From the human T2T-CHM13v2.0 reference genome, Homo sapiens: 64,000 nt of DNA. A program made the translations under genes and the position numbers. The notes under the pieces are model-generated. The model saw only the letters and a list, made by a program, of their open reading frames with translations, was not told the DNA's origin and ran no database searches. Within the stretch, counting starts at the first letter, position 1; each line of letters begins with the position of its first letter. Shown one piece after another: positions 16,280 through 35,634 of this stretch. The DNA lies in assembly GCF_009914755.1 (NCBI RefSeq), contig NC_060948.1; one strand, written 5' to 3'.

Positions 16280-18407
16280 AGATCCATATTTTTTAAAGGA
16301 AAAAAAATTTCAAAGGTACTCTGCTTGGTACAATAATCAAATGTATAAACTGAGGAATAAAACATAACCATGAAACCTACTTATAACTGCATATGGAAAA
16401 TACAGAGGATAATTTTTTAAATAACATATTTTGAAAGCCTTAACTAGTAATTTGAAGAGTTGGCATTTGAAAGGCCAGTATGAATATACCTTCAAAGCAG
16501 CAACACAGGTTCCCCATGAGAAAAAGCAAAGTCAGGGAAAATAAAACCACAAAGGTTCAATCTCTTCTGACCTTTGAAAGACACAGCACAGACAGTGGTC
16601 CTTAGGACGAAGAGCAGGAGACCCCTAATTCCGTCACCATGGCGATAGGGCATAAACATTGCTGGGTGAGGGCACAATCCACATTGTGAGGTCCAACTGC
16701 TGCCAGGAAGACAGGAGTGCTTTTACATAGACCGAAAGGTCATTGAAGGCTCAGAGTTTTGTTTCAAGAACTGAATCCCAAGCCCACACGTTATTAGGCT
16801 GCGCTTCTTAAAACAACTTATGAGATGGGAAAAAGGGCACCCACAAACATATGTATACATTATGTATATAATAATATACAGTATCATATATATAATATAT
16901 ATAACCTATGTATAATATTGTTTTACATCCTGCATCTTATACTATATATATTGTATAAAATATAATAATTGATAACATATAAGTTTTATATTTATACATT
17001 ATGACATATAGTATATATTATAATTTATGACGTATATAATATATGTTATATATCATATATAGAATATATTATACGGTTAATATATGTATTAAATATAAAT
17101 TATACATTATATATATTATATATAATATATCTGTTATATATAATAAACATTATGCATAATATATATATTATGTCTATGTTATATATAGTATAAAACAACA
17201 TATAATAATATATAATTGTATATATAAAATGCGACATATAATATATATTATATTTTATGACACATGTAATATATATTATATATTATATATAATACGTTGT
17301 ATGTATAATACCTATATTAAATATATATTATATGACTATGTTATTAATTACATGTCACATATGTTATATATTATATATTTTACATAGAATATACCGGTTA
17401 CATACAATATATACTATGTTACCTACAATGTATAATTGATTACATGTAAAATAATGAATGCAATATATTATGTATAATTTATAATATACAATATGTGGAA
17501 TGTGATATATATAACATATATTATATGATATATGATATACAGTATATGATATATAACATACAATATATGATACCTAATATATATGGTATACAATATATAT
17601 TTTATGATATGTATTCTCTATGTTTTATATTCTGTTATATATAACTATTTGAAATTATATATAACTGTATAATATTTTATGTAAATATGTAATATAATAT
17701 ATATAACTATATAATATATTATATATAACTATATATTATGTTATATATACTTTCATAACATAATTTACATAAAATGTCATAATATAATATATATTATATT
17801 ATTTCATATTACATAATATATATTACATATCACCCAACATAAGTAACATACATAATATTATATTATAGATTATATTATATTATATTAAATATCATATATA
17901 TCATGTATCATATATTCTAAAATATATATTACACATTATATAATATGTATGTTGTCTATTATGTGATATATATAACTGTATATATAATTATATTATTATA
18001 CATATAACTAGATAAACATGTAATTCTACATGTTTTCATTTATAATATATAGAATTATATAATCATATATAATTATTTAAATTCTATAAAAAATTATATC
18101 ATTATATAAATTATAATATATAAAAATTATAATATGTACTACAAATATATATATTATATATCATATATGATATAGTACCTTTGTTTTATATCATAATACA
18201 TATAAATGTGTATTATGTTATGTATAATTATATAATTTCATATATAAGATGTATAATATGTATTATATATTATACATGTTATGTAATATATATAGTATAT
18301 ATAAGATGACACAGGATAAATATTATATACTATGACATATAAAATATATGAGGTTATATGTTACATATAAGGCATAGCACATAAGATGTAATATATACCA
18401 TATATAA

Positions 18408-18699
18408 TTTTTTTTTAGACAGAGTCTTGTCCTGTTGCACAGGGTGGGGTTCAATGGCGCCAACTTTGCTCACTGCAACATCTGCCTCACGGGTCCAAGC
18501 GATTGTCCTCCCTCAGCCTCCCAGGTAGCTGGGACTACACCACACTGGGACTACACCAGCTGCCACCATGCCTAGCTAATTTTTTGGATTTTTAGTAGTG
18601 ACAGCGTTTCACTGTATTGGCCAGGATGGTCTTGATCTCTTCACCTTGTGATCCCCTTGCCTTGCCCTCCAAATTTGCTGGGATTACAGGCCTGAGCCA
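18408..18699 (-). mobile_element. Diverged Alu, copy 8
   Basis: Same Alu as copy 1; shares variants with copy 9. Confidence 0.93.
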
Positions 18700-20827
18700 A
18701 GATCCATATTTTTTAAATGAAAAAAAATTTTAAAGGTACTCTGCTTGGTACAATAATCAAATGTATAAACTGAGGAATAAAACATAACCATGAAACCTAC
18801 TTATAACTGCATATGGAAAATACAGAGGATAATTTTTTAAATAACATATTTCGAAAGCCTTAACTAGTAATTTGAAGAGTTGGCATTTGAAAGGCCAGTA
18901 TGAATATACCTTCAAAGCAGCAACACAGGTTCCCCATGAGAAACAGCAAACTCAGGGAAAATAAAACCACAAAGGTTCAATCTCTTCTGACCTTTGAAAG
19001 ACACAGCACAGACAGTGGTCCTTAGGACGAAGAGCAGGAGACCCCTAATTCCGTCACCATGGCGATAGGGCATAAACATTGCTGGGTGAGGGCACAATCC
19101 ACATTGAGAGGTCCAACTGCTGCCAGGAAGACAGGAGTGCTTTTACATAGACCGAAAGGTCATTGAAGGCTCAGAGTTTTGTTTCAAGAACTGAATCCCA
19201 AGCCCACACGTTATTACGCTGCGCTTCTTAAAACAAGTTGTGAGATGGGAAAAAGGGCACCCACAAACATACGTATACATTATGTATATAATAATATACA
19301 GTATCATATATATAATATATATAACCTATGTATAATATTGTTTTACATCCTGCATCTTATATTATATATATTGTATAAAATATAATATTTGATAATATAT
19401 AAGTTTTATATTTATACAATATGACATATAGTATATATTATAATTTATGACATATATAATATATGTTATATATCATATATAGAATATATTATACGGTTAA
19501 TATACGTATTAAATATAAATTATACATTATATATATTATATATAATATATCTGTTATATATAATACCCATTATGCATAATATATATATTATGTCTATGTT
19601 ATATATAGTATAAAACAACATATAATAATATATAATTGTATATATAAAATGCGACATATAATATATATTATATTTTATGACATATGTAATATATATTATA
19701 TATTATATATAATACGTTGTATGTATAATACCTATATTAAATATATATTATATGACTATGTTATTAATTACATGTCACATATGTTATATATTATATATTT
19801 TACATAGAATATACCGGTTACATACAATATATACTATGTTACCTACAATGTATAATTGATTACATGTAAAATAATGAATGCAATATATTATGTATAATTT
19901 ATAATATACAATATGTGGAATGTGATATATATAACATATATTATATGATATATGATATACAGTATATGATATATAACATACAATATATGATACCTAATAT
20001 ATATGGTATACAATATATATTTTATGATATGTATTCTCTATGTTTTATATTCTGTTATATATAACTATTTGAAATTATATATAACTGTATAATATTTTAT
20101 GTAAATATGTAATATAATATATATAACTATATAATATATTATATATAACTATATATTATGTTATATATACTTTCATAACATAATTTACATAAAATGTCAT
20201 AATATAATATATATTATATTATTTCATATTACATAATATATATTACATATCACCCAACATAAGTAACATACATAATATTATATTATAGATTATATTATAT
20301 TATATTAAATATCATATATATCATGTATCATATATTCTAAAATATATATTACACATTATATAATATGTATGTTGTCTATTATGTGATATATATAACTGTA
20401 TATATAATTATATTATTATACATATAACTAGATAAACATGTAATTCTACATGTTTTCATTTATAATATATAGAATTATATAATCATATATAATTATTTAT
20501 ATTCTATAAAAAATTATATCATTATATAAATTATAATATATAAAAATTATAATATGTACTACAAATATATATATTATATATCTTATATGATATAGTACCT
20601 TTGTTATATATCATAATACATATAAATGTGTATTATGTTATCTATAATTATATAATTTCATATATAAGATGTATAATATGTATTATATATTATACATGTT
20701 ATGTAATATATATAGTATATATAAGATGACACAGGATAAATATTATATACTATGACATATAAAATATATGAGGTTATATGTTACATATAAGGCATAGCAC
20801 ATAACATGTAATATATACCATATATAA

Positions 20828-21119
20828 TTTTTTTTTAGACAGAGTCTTGTCCTGTTGCAAAGGGTGGGGTTCAATGGCGCCAACTTTGCTCACTGCAACA
20901 TCTGCCTCACGGGTCCAAGCGATTGTCCTCCCTCAGCCTCCCAGGTAGCTGGGACTACACCACACTGGGACTACACCAGCTGCCACCATGCCTAGCTAAT
21001 TTTTTGGATTTTTAGTAGTGACAGCGTTTCACTGTATTGGCCAGGATGGTCTTGATCTCTTCACCTTGTGATCCCCTTGCCTTGCCCTCCAAATTTGCTG
21101 GGATTACAGGCCTGAGCCA
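20828..21119 (-). mobile_element. Diverged Alu, copy 9
   Basis: Same Alu as copy 1, T tract to gagcca. Confidence 0.93.
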
Positions 21120-23224
21120 AGATCCATATTTTTTAAATGAAAAAAAATTTTAAAGGTACTCTGCTTGGTACAATAATCAAATGTATAAACTGAGGAATAA
21201 AACATAACCATGAAACCTACTTATAACTGCATATGGAAAATACAGAGGATAATTTTTTAAATAACATATTTCGAAAGCCTTAACTAGTAATTTGAAGAGT
21301 TGGCATTTGAAAGGCCAGTATGAATATACCTTCAAAGCAGCAACACAGGTTCCCCATGAGAAACAGCAAACTCAGGGAAAATAAAACCACAAAGGTTCAA
21401 TCTCTTCTGACCTTTGAAAGACACAGCACAGACAGTGGTCCTTAGGACGAAGAGCAGGAGACCCCTAATTCCGTCACCATGGCGATAGGGCATAAACATT
21501 GCTGGGTGAGGGCACAATCCACATTGAGAGGTCCAACTGCTGCCAGGAAGACAGGAGTGCTTTTACATAGACCGAAAGGTCATTGAAGGCTCAGAGTTTT
21601 GTTTCAAGAACTGAATCCCAAGCCCACACGTTATTAGGCTGCGCTTCTTAAAACAAGTTGTGAGATGGGAAAAAGGGCACCCACAAACATACGTATACAT
21701 TATGTATATAATAATATACAGTATCATATATATAATATATATAACCTATGTATAATATTGTTTTACATCCTGCATCTTATATTATATATATTGTATAAAA
21801 TATAATAATTGATAATATATAAGTTTTATATTTATACAATATGACATATAGTATATATTATAATTTATGACATATATAATATATGTTATATATCATATAT
21901 AAAATATATTATACGGTTAATATACGTATTAAATATAAATTATACATTATATATATTATATATAATATATCTGTTATATATAATACCCATTATGCATAAT
22001 ATATATATTATGTCTATGTTATATATAGTATAATACAACATATAATAATATATAATTGTATATATAAAATGCGACATATAATATATATTATATTTTATGA
22101 CATATGTAATATATATTATATATTATATATAATACGTTGTATGTATAATACCTATATTAAATATATATTATATGACTATGTTATTAATTACATGTCACAT
22201 ATGTTATATATTATATATTTTACATAGAATATACCGGTTACATACAATATATACTATGTTACCTACAATGTATAATTGATTACATGTAAAATAATGAATG
22301 CAATATATTATGTATAATTTATAATATACAATATGTGGAATGTGATATATATAACATATATTATATGATATATGATATACAGTATATGATATATAACATA
22401 CAATATATGATACCTAATATATATGGTATACAATATATGTTTTATGATATGTATTCTCTATGTTTTATATTCTGTTATATATAACTATTTGAAATTATAT
22501 ATAACTGTATAATATTTTATGTAAATATGTAATATAATATATATAACTATATAATATATTATATATAACTATATATTATGTTATATATACTTTCATAACA
22601 TAATTTACATAAAATGTCATAATATAATATATATTATATTATTTCATATTACATAATATATATTACATATCACCCAACATAAGTAACATACATAATATTA
22701 TATTATAGATTATATTATGTTATATTAAATATCATATATATCATGTATCATATATTCTAAAATATATATTACACATTATATAATATGTATTTTGTCTATT
22801 ATGTGATATATATAACTATATATATAATTATATTATTATACATATAACTAGATAAACATGTAATTCTACATGTTTTCATTTATAATATATAGAATTATAT
22901 AATCATATATAATTATTTATATTCTATAAAAAATTATATCATTATATAAATTATAATATATAAAAATTATAATATGTACTACAAATATATATATTATATA
23001 TCATATATGATATAGTACCTTTGTTATATATCATAATACATATAAATGTGTATTATGTTATCTATAATTATATAATTTCATATATAAGATATATAATATG
23101 TATTATATATTATACATGTTATGTAATATATATAGTATATATAAGATGACACAGGATAAATATTATATACTATGACATATAAAATATATGAGGTTATATG
23201 TTACATATAAGGCATAGCACATAA

Positions 23225-23539
<315 letters not shown>

Positions 23540-25667
23540 AGATCCATATTTTATAAATGAAAAAAAATTTCAAAGGTACTCTGCTTGGTACAATAATCAA
23601 ATGTATAAACTGAGGAATAAAACATAACCATGAAACCTACTTATAACTGCATATGGAAAATACAGAGGATAATTTTTTAAATAACATATTTTGAAAGCCT
23701 TAACTAGTAATTTGAAGAGTTGGCATTTGAAAGGCCTGTATGAATATACCTTCAAAGCAGCAACACAGGTTCCCCATGAGAAAAAGCAAACTCAGGGAAA
23801 ATGAAACCACAACGGTTCAATCTCTTCTGACCTTTGAAAGACACAGCACAGACAGTGGTCCTTAGGACGAAGAGCAGGAGACCCCTAATTCCGTCACCAT
23901 GGCGATAGGGCATAAACATTGCTGGGTGAGGGCACAATCCACATTGTGAGGTCCAACTGCTGCCAGGAAGACAGGAGTGCTTTTACATAGACCGAAAGGT
24001 CATTGAAGGCTCAGAGTTTTGTTTCAAGAACTGAATCCCAAGCCCACACGTTATTAGGCTGCGCTTCTTAAAACAAGTTATGAGATGGGAAAAAGGGCAC
24101 CCACAAACATACGTATACATTATGTATATAATAATATAGAGTATCATATATATAATATATATAACCTATGTATAATATTGTTTTACATCCTGCATCTTAT
24201 ATTATATATATTGTATAAAATATAATAATTGATAATATATAAGTTTTATATTTATACATTAAGACATATACTATATATTATAATTTATGACGTATATAAT
24301 ATATGTTATATATCATATACAGAATATATTATACGGTTAATATATGTATTAAATATAAATTATACATTATATATATTATATATAGTATATCTGCTATATA
24401 TAATACCCATTATGCATAATATATATATTATGTCTATGTTATATATAGTATAAAACAACACATAATAATATATAATTGTAGATATAAAATGCGACATAAA
24501 ATATATATTATATTTTATGACATATATAATATATATTATATATTATATATAATACGTTGTATGTATAATGCCTATATTAAATATATATTATATGACTATG
24601 TTATTAATTACATGTCACATGTGTTATATATTATATATTTTACATAGAATATACCGGTTACATACAATATATACTATGTTACCTACAATGTATAATTGAT
24701 TACATGTAAAATAAAGAATGCAATATATTATGTATAATTTATAATATACAATATGTGGAATGTGATATATATAACATATATTATATGATATATGATATAC
24801 AGTATATGATATATAACATACAATATATGATACCTAATATATATGGTATACAATATATATTTTATGATATGTATTCTATATGTTATATATTCTGTTATTT
24901 ATAACTATTTGAAATTATATATAACTGTATAATATTTTAGGTAAATATGTAATATACTATATATAACTATATAATATATTATATATAACTATATATTATG
25001 TTATATATACTTTTATAACATAATTTACATAAAATATCATAATATAATATATATTATATTATTTCATATTACATAATATATATTACATATCACCCAATAT
25101 AAGTAACATACATAATATTATAATATAGATTATATTATGTTATATTAAATATCATATATATCATGTATCATATATTCTATAATATATATGATACATTATA
25201 TAATATGTATGTTGTCTATTATGTGATATATATAACTATATATATAATTATATTATTATACATATTACTAGATAAACATGTAATTCTACATATTTTCATT
25301 TATAATATATAGAATTATATAATCATATATAATTATTTATATTCTATAAAAAATTATATCATTATATAAATTATAATATATAAAAATTATAATATGTACT
25401 ACAAATATATATATTATATATCATATATGATATAGTACTTTTGTTATATATCATAATACATATAAATGTGTATTATGTTATCTATAATTATATAATTTCA
25501 TATATAAGATGTATAATATGTATTATATATTATACATGTTATGTAATATATATGGTATATATAAGATGACACAGGATAAATATTATATACTATGACATAT
25601 AAAATATATGAGGTTATATGTTACATATAAGGCATAGCACATAACATGTAATATATATCATATATAA

Positions 25668-25959
25668 TTTTTTTTTAGACAGAGTCTTGTCCTGTTGCAC
25701 AGGGTGGGGTACAATGGCGCCAACTTTGCTCACTGCAACATCTGCCTCATGGGTCCAAGCGATTGTCCTCCCTCAGCCTCCCAGGTAGCTGGGACTACAC
25801 CACACTGGGACTACACCAGCTGCCACCATGCCTAGCTAATTTTTTGGATTTTTAGTAGTGACAGCGTTTCACTGTATTGGCCAGGATGGTCTTGATCTCT
25901 TCACCTTGTGATCCCCTTGCCTTGGCCTCCAAATTTGCTTGGATTACAGGCCTGAGCCA
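25668..25959 (-). mobile_element. Diverged Alu, copy 11
   Basis: Same Alu as copy 1, T tract to gagcca. Confidence 0.93.
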
Positions 25960-28063
25960 AGATCCATATTTTTAAATGAAAAAAAATTTCAAAGGTACTC
26001 TGCTTGGTACAATAATCAAATGTATAAACTGAGGAATAAAACATAACCATGAAACCTACTTATAACTGCATATGGAAAATACAGAGGATAATTTTTTAAA
26101 TAACATATTTTGAAAGCCTTAACTAGTAATTTGAAGAGTTGGCATTTGAAAGGCCAGTATGAATATACCTTCAAAGCAGCAACACAGGTTCCCCATGAGA
26201 AAAAGCAAAGTCAGGGAAAATAAAACCACAAAGGTTCAATCTCTTCTGACCTTTGAAAGACACAGCACAGACAGTGGTCCTTAGGACGAAGAGCAGGAGA
26301 CCCCTAATTCCGTCACCATGGCGATAGGGCATGAACATTGCTGGGTGAGGGCACAATCCACATTGTGAGGTCCAACTGCTGCCAGGAAGACAGGAGTGCT
26401 TTTACATAGACCAAAAGGTCATTGAAGGCTCAGAGTTTTGTTTCAAGAACTGAATCCCAAGCCCACACGTTATTAGGCTGCGCTTCCTAAAACAAGTTGT
26501 GAGATGGGAAAAACGGCACCCACAAACATACGTATACATTATGTATATAATAATATACAGTATCATATATATAATATATATAACCTATGTATAATATTGT
26601 TTTACATCCTGCATCTTATATTATATATATTGTATAAAATATAATAATTGATAATATATAAATTTTTTATTTATACAATATGACATATAGTATATATTAT
26701 AATTTATGACATATATAATATATGTTATATATCATATATAGAATATATTATACGGTTAATATACGTATTAAATATAAATTATACATTATATATATTATAT
26801 ATAATATATCTGTTATATATAATACCCATTATGCATAATATATATATTATGTCTATGTTATATATAGTATAAAACAACACATAATAATATATAGTTGTAT
26901 ATATAAAATGCGACATAAAATATATATTATATTTTATGACATATGTAATATATATTATATATTATATATAATACGTTGTATGTATAATACCTATATTAAA
27001 TATATATTATATGACTATGTTATTAATTACATGTCCCATGTGTTATATATTATATATTTTACATAGAATATACCGGTTACATACAATATATACTATGTTA
27101 CCTACAATGTATAATTGATTACATGTAAAATATTGAATGTAATATATTATGTATAATTTATAATATACAATATGTGGAATGTGATATATATAACATATAT
27201 TATATGATATATGATATACAGTATATGATATATAACATACAATATATGATACCTAATATATACGGTATACAATATATATTTTATGATATGTATTCTCTAT
27301 GTTTTATATTCTGTTATATATAACTATTTGAAATTATATATAACTGTATAATATTTTATGTAAATATGTAATATAATATATATAACTATATAATATATTA
27401 TATATAACTCTATATTATGTTATATATACTTTTATAACATAATTTACGTAAAATATCATGATACAATATATATTATATTATTTCATATTACATAATATAT
27501 ATTACATATCACCCAACATAAGTAACATACATAATATTATAATATAGATTATATTATGTTATATTAAATATCATATATATCATGTATCATATATTCTATA
27601 ATATATATTACACATTAAATAATAAGTATTTTGTCTATTATGTGATATATATAACTATATATATAATTATATTATTATACATATAACTAGATAAACATGT
27701 AATTCTACATATTTTCATTTATAATATATAGAATTATATAATCATATATAATTTTTTATATTCTATAAAAAATTATATCATTATATAAATTATAATATAT
27801 AAAAATTATAATATGTACTACAAATATATATATTATATATCATATATGATATAGTACCTTTGTTATATATCATAATACATATAAATGTGTATTATGTTAT
27901 CTATAATTATATAGTTTCATATATAAGATGTATAATATGTATCATATATTATATATGTTATGTAATATATATAGTATATATAAGATGACACAGGATAAAT
28001 ATTATATACTATGACATATAAAATATATGAGGTTATATGTTACATATAAGGCATAGCACATAA

Positions 28064-28378
<315 letters not shown>

Positions 28379-30482
28379 AGATCCATATTTTTTAAATGAA
28401 AAAAAATTTCAAAGGTACTCTGCTTGGTACAATAATCAAATATATAAACTGAGGAATAAAACATAACCATGAAACCTACTTATAACTGCATATGGAAAAT
28501 ACAGAGGATAATTTTTTAAATAACATATTTTGAAAGCCTTAACTAGTAATTTGAAGAGTTGGCATTTGAAAGGCCAGTATGAATATACCTTCAAAGCAGC
28601 AACACAGGTTCCCCATGAGAAAAAGCAAAGTCAGGGAAAATAAAACCACAAAGGTTCAATCTCTTCTGACCTTTGAAAGACACAGCACAGACAGTGGTCC
28701 TTAGGACGAAGAGCAGGAGACCCCTAATTCCGTCACCATGGCGATAGGGCATAAACATTGCTGGGTGAGGGCACAATCCACATTGTGAGGTCCAACTGCT
28801 GCCAGGAAGACAGGAGTGCTTTTACATAGACCGAAAGGTCATTGAAGGCTCAGAGTTTTGTTTCAAGAACTGAATCCCAAGCCCACACGTTATTAGGCTG
28901 CGCTTCTTAAAACAACTTATGAGATGGGAAAAAGGGCACCCACAAACATACGTATACATTATGTATATAATAATATACAGTATCATATATATAATATATA
29001 TAACCTATGTATAATATTGTTTTACATCCTGCATCTTATACTATATATATTGTATAAAATATAATAATTGATAATATATAAGTTTTATATTTATACAATA
29101 TGACATATAGTATATATTATAATTTATGACATATATAATATATGTTATATATCATATATAGAATATATTATACGGTTAATATACGTATTAAATATAAATT
29201 ATACATTATATATATTATATAAAATATATCTATTATATATAATACCCATTATGCATAATATATATATTATATCTATGTTATCTATAGTATAAAACAACAC
29301 GTAATAATATATAATTGTATATATAAAATGTGACATATAATATATATTATATTTTATGACATATGTAATATATATTATCTATTATATATAATACGTTGTA
29401 TGTATAATACCTATATTAAATATATATTATATGACTATGTTATTAATTACATGTCACATATGTTATATATTATATATTTTACATGGAATATACCGGTAAC
29501 ATACAATATATACTATGTTACCTATAATGTATAATTGATTACATGTGAAACAAAGAATGCAATATATTATGTATAATTTATAATATACAATATGTGGAAT
29601 GTGATATATATAACATATAATATATGATATATGATATACAGTATATGATATATAACATACAATATATGATACCTAATATATATGGTATACAATATATATT
29701 TTATGATATGTATTCTATATGTTTTATATTCTGTTATATATAACTATTTGAAATTATATATAACTGTATAATATTTTATGTAAATATGTAATATAATATA
29801 TATTACTATATAATATATTATATATTATTATATATTATGTTATATATAAATTCATAACATAATTTACATAAAATGTCATAATATAATATATATTATATTA
29901 TTTCGTATTACATAATATATATTACATATCACCCAACATAAGTAACATACATAATATTATAATATAGATTATATTATATTATATTAAATATCATATATAT
30001 CATGTATCATATATTCTAAAATATATATTACACATTATATAATATGTATGTTGTCTATTATGTGATATATATAACTATATATATAATTATATTATTATAC
30101 ATATAACTAGATAAACATGTACTTCTACATATTTTCATTTATAATATGTAGAATTATATAATCATATATAATTATTTATATTCTAAAAAAATTATATCAT
30201 TATATAAATTATAATATAAAAAATTTATAATATGTACTACAAATATATATATTATATATCATATATGATATAGTACCTTTGTTATATATCATATTACATA
30301 TAAATGTGTATTATGATATCTATAATTATATAATTTCATATATAAGATGTATAATATGTATTATATATTGTATATGTTATGTAATATATATAGTATATAT
30401 AAGATGACACAGGATAAATATTATATACTATGACATATAAAATATACGAGGTTATATGTTACATATAAGGCATAGCACATAA

Positions 30483-30798
<316 letters not shown>

Positions 30799-32901
30799 AG
30801 ATCCATATTTTTTAAATGAAAAAAAATTTCAAAGGTACTCTGCTTGGTACAATAATCAAATGTATATACTGAGGAATAAAACATAACCATGAAACATACT
30901 TATAACTGCATATGGAAATTACAGAGGATAATTTTTTAAATAACATATTTTGAAAGCCTTAACTAGTAATTTGAAGAGTTGGCATTTGAAAGGCCAGTAT
31001 GAATATACCTCCAAAGCAGCAACAGAGGTTCCCCATGAGAAAAAACAGACACAGGGAAAATAAAACCAAAAAGGTTCAATCTCTTCTGATCCTTGAAAGA
31101 CGCAGCACAGACAGTGGTCCTTAGGACGAAGAGCAGGAGACCCCTAATTCCGTCACCATGGCGATAGGGCATAAACATTGCTGGGTGAGGGCACAATCCA
31201 CATTGTGAGGTCCAACTGCTGCCAGGAAGACAGGAGTGCTTTTACATAGACCGAAAGGTCATTGAAGGCTCAGAGTTTTGTTTCAAGAACTGAATCCCAA
31301 GCCCACACGTTATTAGGCTGCGATTCTTAAAACAAGTTATGAGATGGGAAAAAGGGCACCCACAAACATACGTATACATTATGTATATAATAATATAGAG
31401 TATCATATATATAATATATATAACCTATGTATAATATTGTTTTACATCCTGCATCTTATACTATATATATTGTATAAAATATAATAATTGATAATATATA
31501 AGTTTTATATTTATACAATATGACATATAGTATATATTATAATTTATGACATATATATTATATGTTATATATCATATATAGAATATATTATACGGTTAAT
31601 ATACGAATTATATATAAATTATATATTATATACATTATATATAATATATCTGTTATATATAATACCCATTATGCATAATATATATATTATGTCTATGTTA
31701 TATATAGTATAAAACAACATATAATAATATATAATTGTATATATAAAATGTGACATATAATATATATTATATTTTATGACATATGTAATATATATTATAT
31801 ATTATATATAATACGTTGTATGTATAATACCTATATTAAATATATATGATATGACTATGTTATTAATTACATGTGACATGTGTTACATATTATATATTTT
31901 ACATAGAATATACCGGTTACATACAATATATACTATGTTACCTACAATGTATAATTTATTACATGTAAAATAAAGAATGCAATATATTATGTATAATTTG
32001 TAATATACAATATGTGGAATGTGATATATATAACATATAATATATGATATATGATATACAGTATATGATATATAACATACAATATATGATACCTAATATA
32101 TATGGTATACAATATATATTTTATGATATGTATTCTATATGTTTTATATTCTGTTATATATAACTATTTGAAATTATACATAACTGTATAATATTTTATG
32201 TAAATATGTAATATAATATATAACTATATAATATATTATATATAACTATATATTATGTTATATATACTTTTATAACATAATTTACATAAAATATCATAAT
32301 ATAATATATATTATATTATTTCATATTACATAATATATATTACATATCACCCAACATAAGTAACATACATAATATTATAATATAGATTATATTATGATAT
32401 ATTAAATATCATATATATAATGTATCATATATTCTATAATATATATTACACATTATATAGTATGCATGTTGTCTATTATGTGATATATATAACTATATAT
32501 ATAATTATATTATTATACATATAACTAGATAAACATGTAATTCTACAGATTTTCATTTATAATATATAGAATTATATAATCATATATAATTATTTATATT
32601 CTATAAAAAATTATATCATTATATAAATTATTATATATAAAAATTATATTATGTACTACAATTATATATATTATATATCATATATGATATAGTACCTTTG
32701 TTATATATCATAATACATATAAATGTGTATTATGTTATCTATAATTATATAATTTCATATATAAGATGTATAATATGTATCATATATTATATATGTTATG
32801 TAATATATATAGTATATATAAGCTGACACAGGATAAATATTATATACTATGACATATAAAATATATGAGGTTATATGTTACATATAAGGCATAGCACATA
32901 A

Positions 32902-33216
<315 letters not shown>

Positions 33217-35342
33217 AGATCCATATTTTTTAAATGAAAAACAATTTCAAAGGTACTCTGCTTGGTACAATAATCAAATGTATAAACTGAGGAATAAAAC
33301 ATAACCATGAAACCTACTTATAACTGCATATGGAAAATACAGAGGATAATTTTTTAAATAACATATTTTGAAAGCCTTAACTAGTAATTTGAAGGGTTGG
33401 CATTTGAAAGGCCAGTATGAATATACCTTCAAAGCAGCAACACAGGTTCCCCATGAGAAAAAGCAAACTCAGGGAAAATAAAACCACAAAGGTTCAATCT
33501 CTTCTGACCTTTGAAAGACACAGCACAGACAGTGGTCCTTAGGACGAAGAGCAGGAGACCCCTAATTCCGTCACCATGGCGATAGGGCATAAACATTGCT
33601 GGGTGAGGGCACAATCCACATTGTGAGGTCCAACTGCTGCCAGGAAGACAGGACTGCTTTTACATAGACCGAAACGTCATTGAAGGCTCAGAGATTTGTT
33701 TCAAGAACTGAATCCCAAGCCCACACGTTATTAGGCTGCGCTTCTTAAAACAAGTTATGAGATGGGAAAAAGGGCACCCACAAACATACGTATACATTAT
33801 GTATATAATAATATACAGTATCATATATATAATATACATAACCTATGTATAATATTGTTTTACATCCTGCATCTTATATTATATATATTGTATAAAATAT
33901 AATACTTGATAATATATAAGTTTTATATTTATACAATATGACATATAGTATATATTATAATTTATGACATATATAATATATGTTATATATCATATATAGA
34001 ATATATTATACGGTTAATATACGTATTAAATATAAATTATACATTATATATATTATATATAATATATCTGTTATATATAATACCCATTATGCATAATATA
34101 TATATTATGTCTACGTTATATATAGTATAAAACAACATATAATAATATATAATTGTATATATAAAATGCGACATATAATATATATTATATTTTATGACAT
34201 ATGTAATATATATTATACAGTATATATAATACGTTGTATGTATAATACCTATATTAAATATATATTATATGACTATGTTATTAATTACATGTCACATGTG
34301 TTACATATTATATATTTTACATAGAATATACCGGTTACATACAATATATACTATGTTACCTACAATGTATAATTTATTACATGTAAAATAAAGAATGCAA
34401 TATATTATGTATAATTTATAATATACAATATGTGGAATGTGATATATATAATATATAATATATGATATATGATATACAGTATATGATATATAACATACAA
34501 TATATGATACCTAATACATATGGTATACAATATATATTTCATGATATGAATTCTATATGTTTTATATTCTGTTATATATAACTATTTGAAATTATATATA
34601 ACTGTATAATATTTTATGTAAATATGTAATATAATATATAACTATATAATATATTATATGTAACTATATATTATGTTATATATACTTTTATAACATAATT
34701 TACATAAAATATCATAATATAATATATATTATATTATTTCATATTACATAATATATATTACATATCACCCAATATAAGTAACATACATAATAGTATAATA
34801 TAGATAATATTATGTTATATTAAATATCATATATATCATGTATCATATATTCTATAATACATATTACACATTATATAATATGTATGTTGTCTATTATGTG
34901 ATATATATAACTATATATATAATTATATTATTATACATATAACTAGATAAACATATAATTCTACATATTTTCATTTATGATATATAGAATTATATAATCA
35001 TATATAATTATTTATATTCTATAAAAAATTATGTCATTATATAAATTATAATAAATAAAAATTATAATATGTACTACAAATATATATATTATATATCATA
35101 TATGATATAGTACCTTTGTTATATATCATAATACATATAAATGTGTATTATGTTATCTATAATTATATAATTTCATATATAAGATGTATAATATGTATCA
35201 TATATTATATATGTTATGTAGTATATATAGTATATATAAGATGACACAGGATAAATATTATATACTATGACATATAAAACATATGAGGTTATATGTTACA
35301 TATAAGGCATAGCACATAACATGTAATATATATCATATATAA

Positions 35343-35634
35343 TTTTTTTTTAGACAGAGTCTTGTCGTGTTGCACAGGGTGGGGTACAACGGCGCCATCT
35401 TTGCTCACTGCAACATCTGCCTCACGGGTCCAAGCGATTGTCCTCCCTCAGCCTCCCAGGTAGCTGGGACTACACCACACTGGGACTACACCAGCTGCCA
35501 CCATGCCTAGCTAATTTTTTGAATTTTTAGTAGTGACAGCGTTTCACTGTATTGGCCAGGATGGTCTTGATCTCTTCACCTTGTGATCCCCTTGCCTTGG
35601 CCTCCAAATTTGCTGGGATTACAGGCCTGAGCCA
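35343..35634 (-). mobile_element. Diverged Alu, copy 15
   Basis: Same Alu as copy 1, T tract to gagcca. Confidence 0.93.
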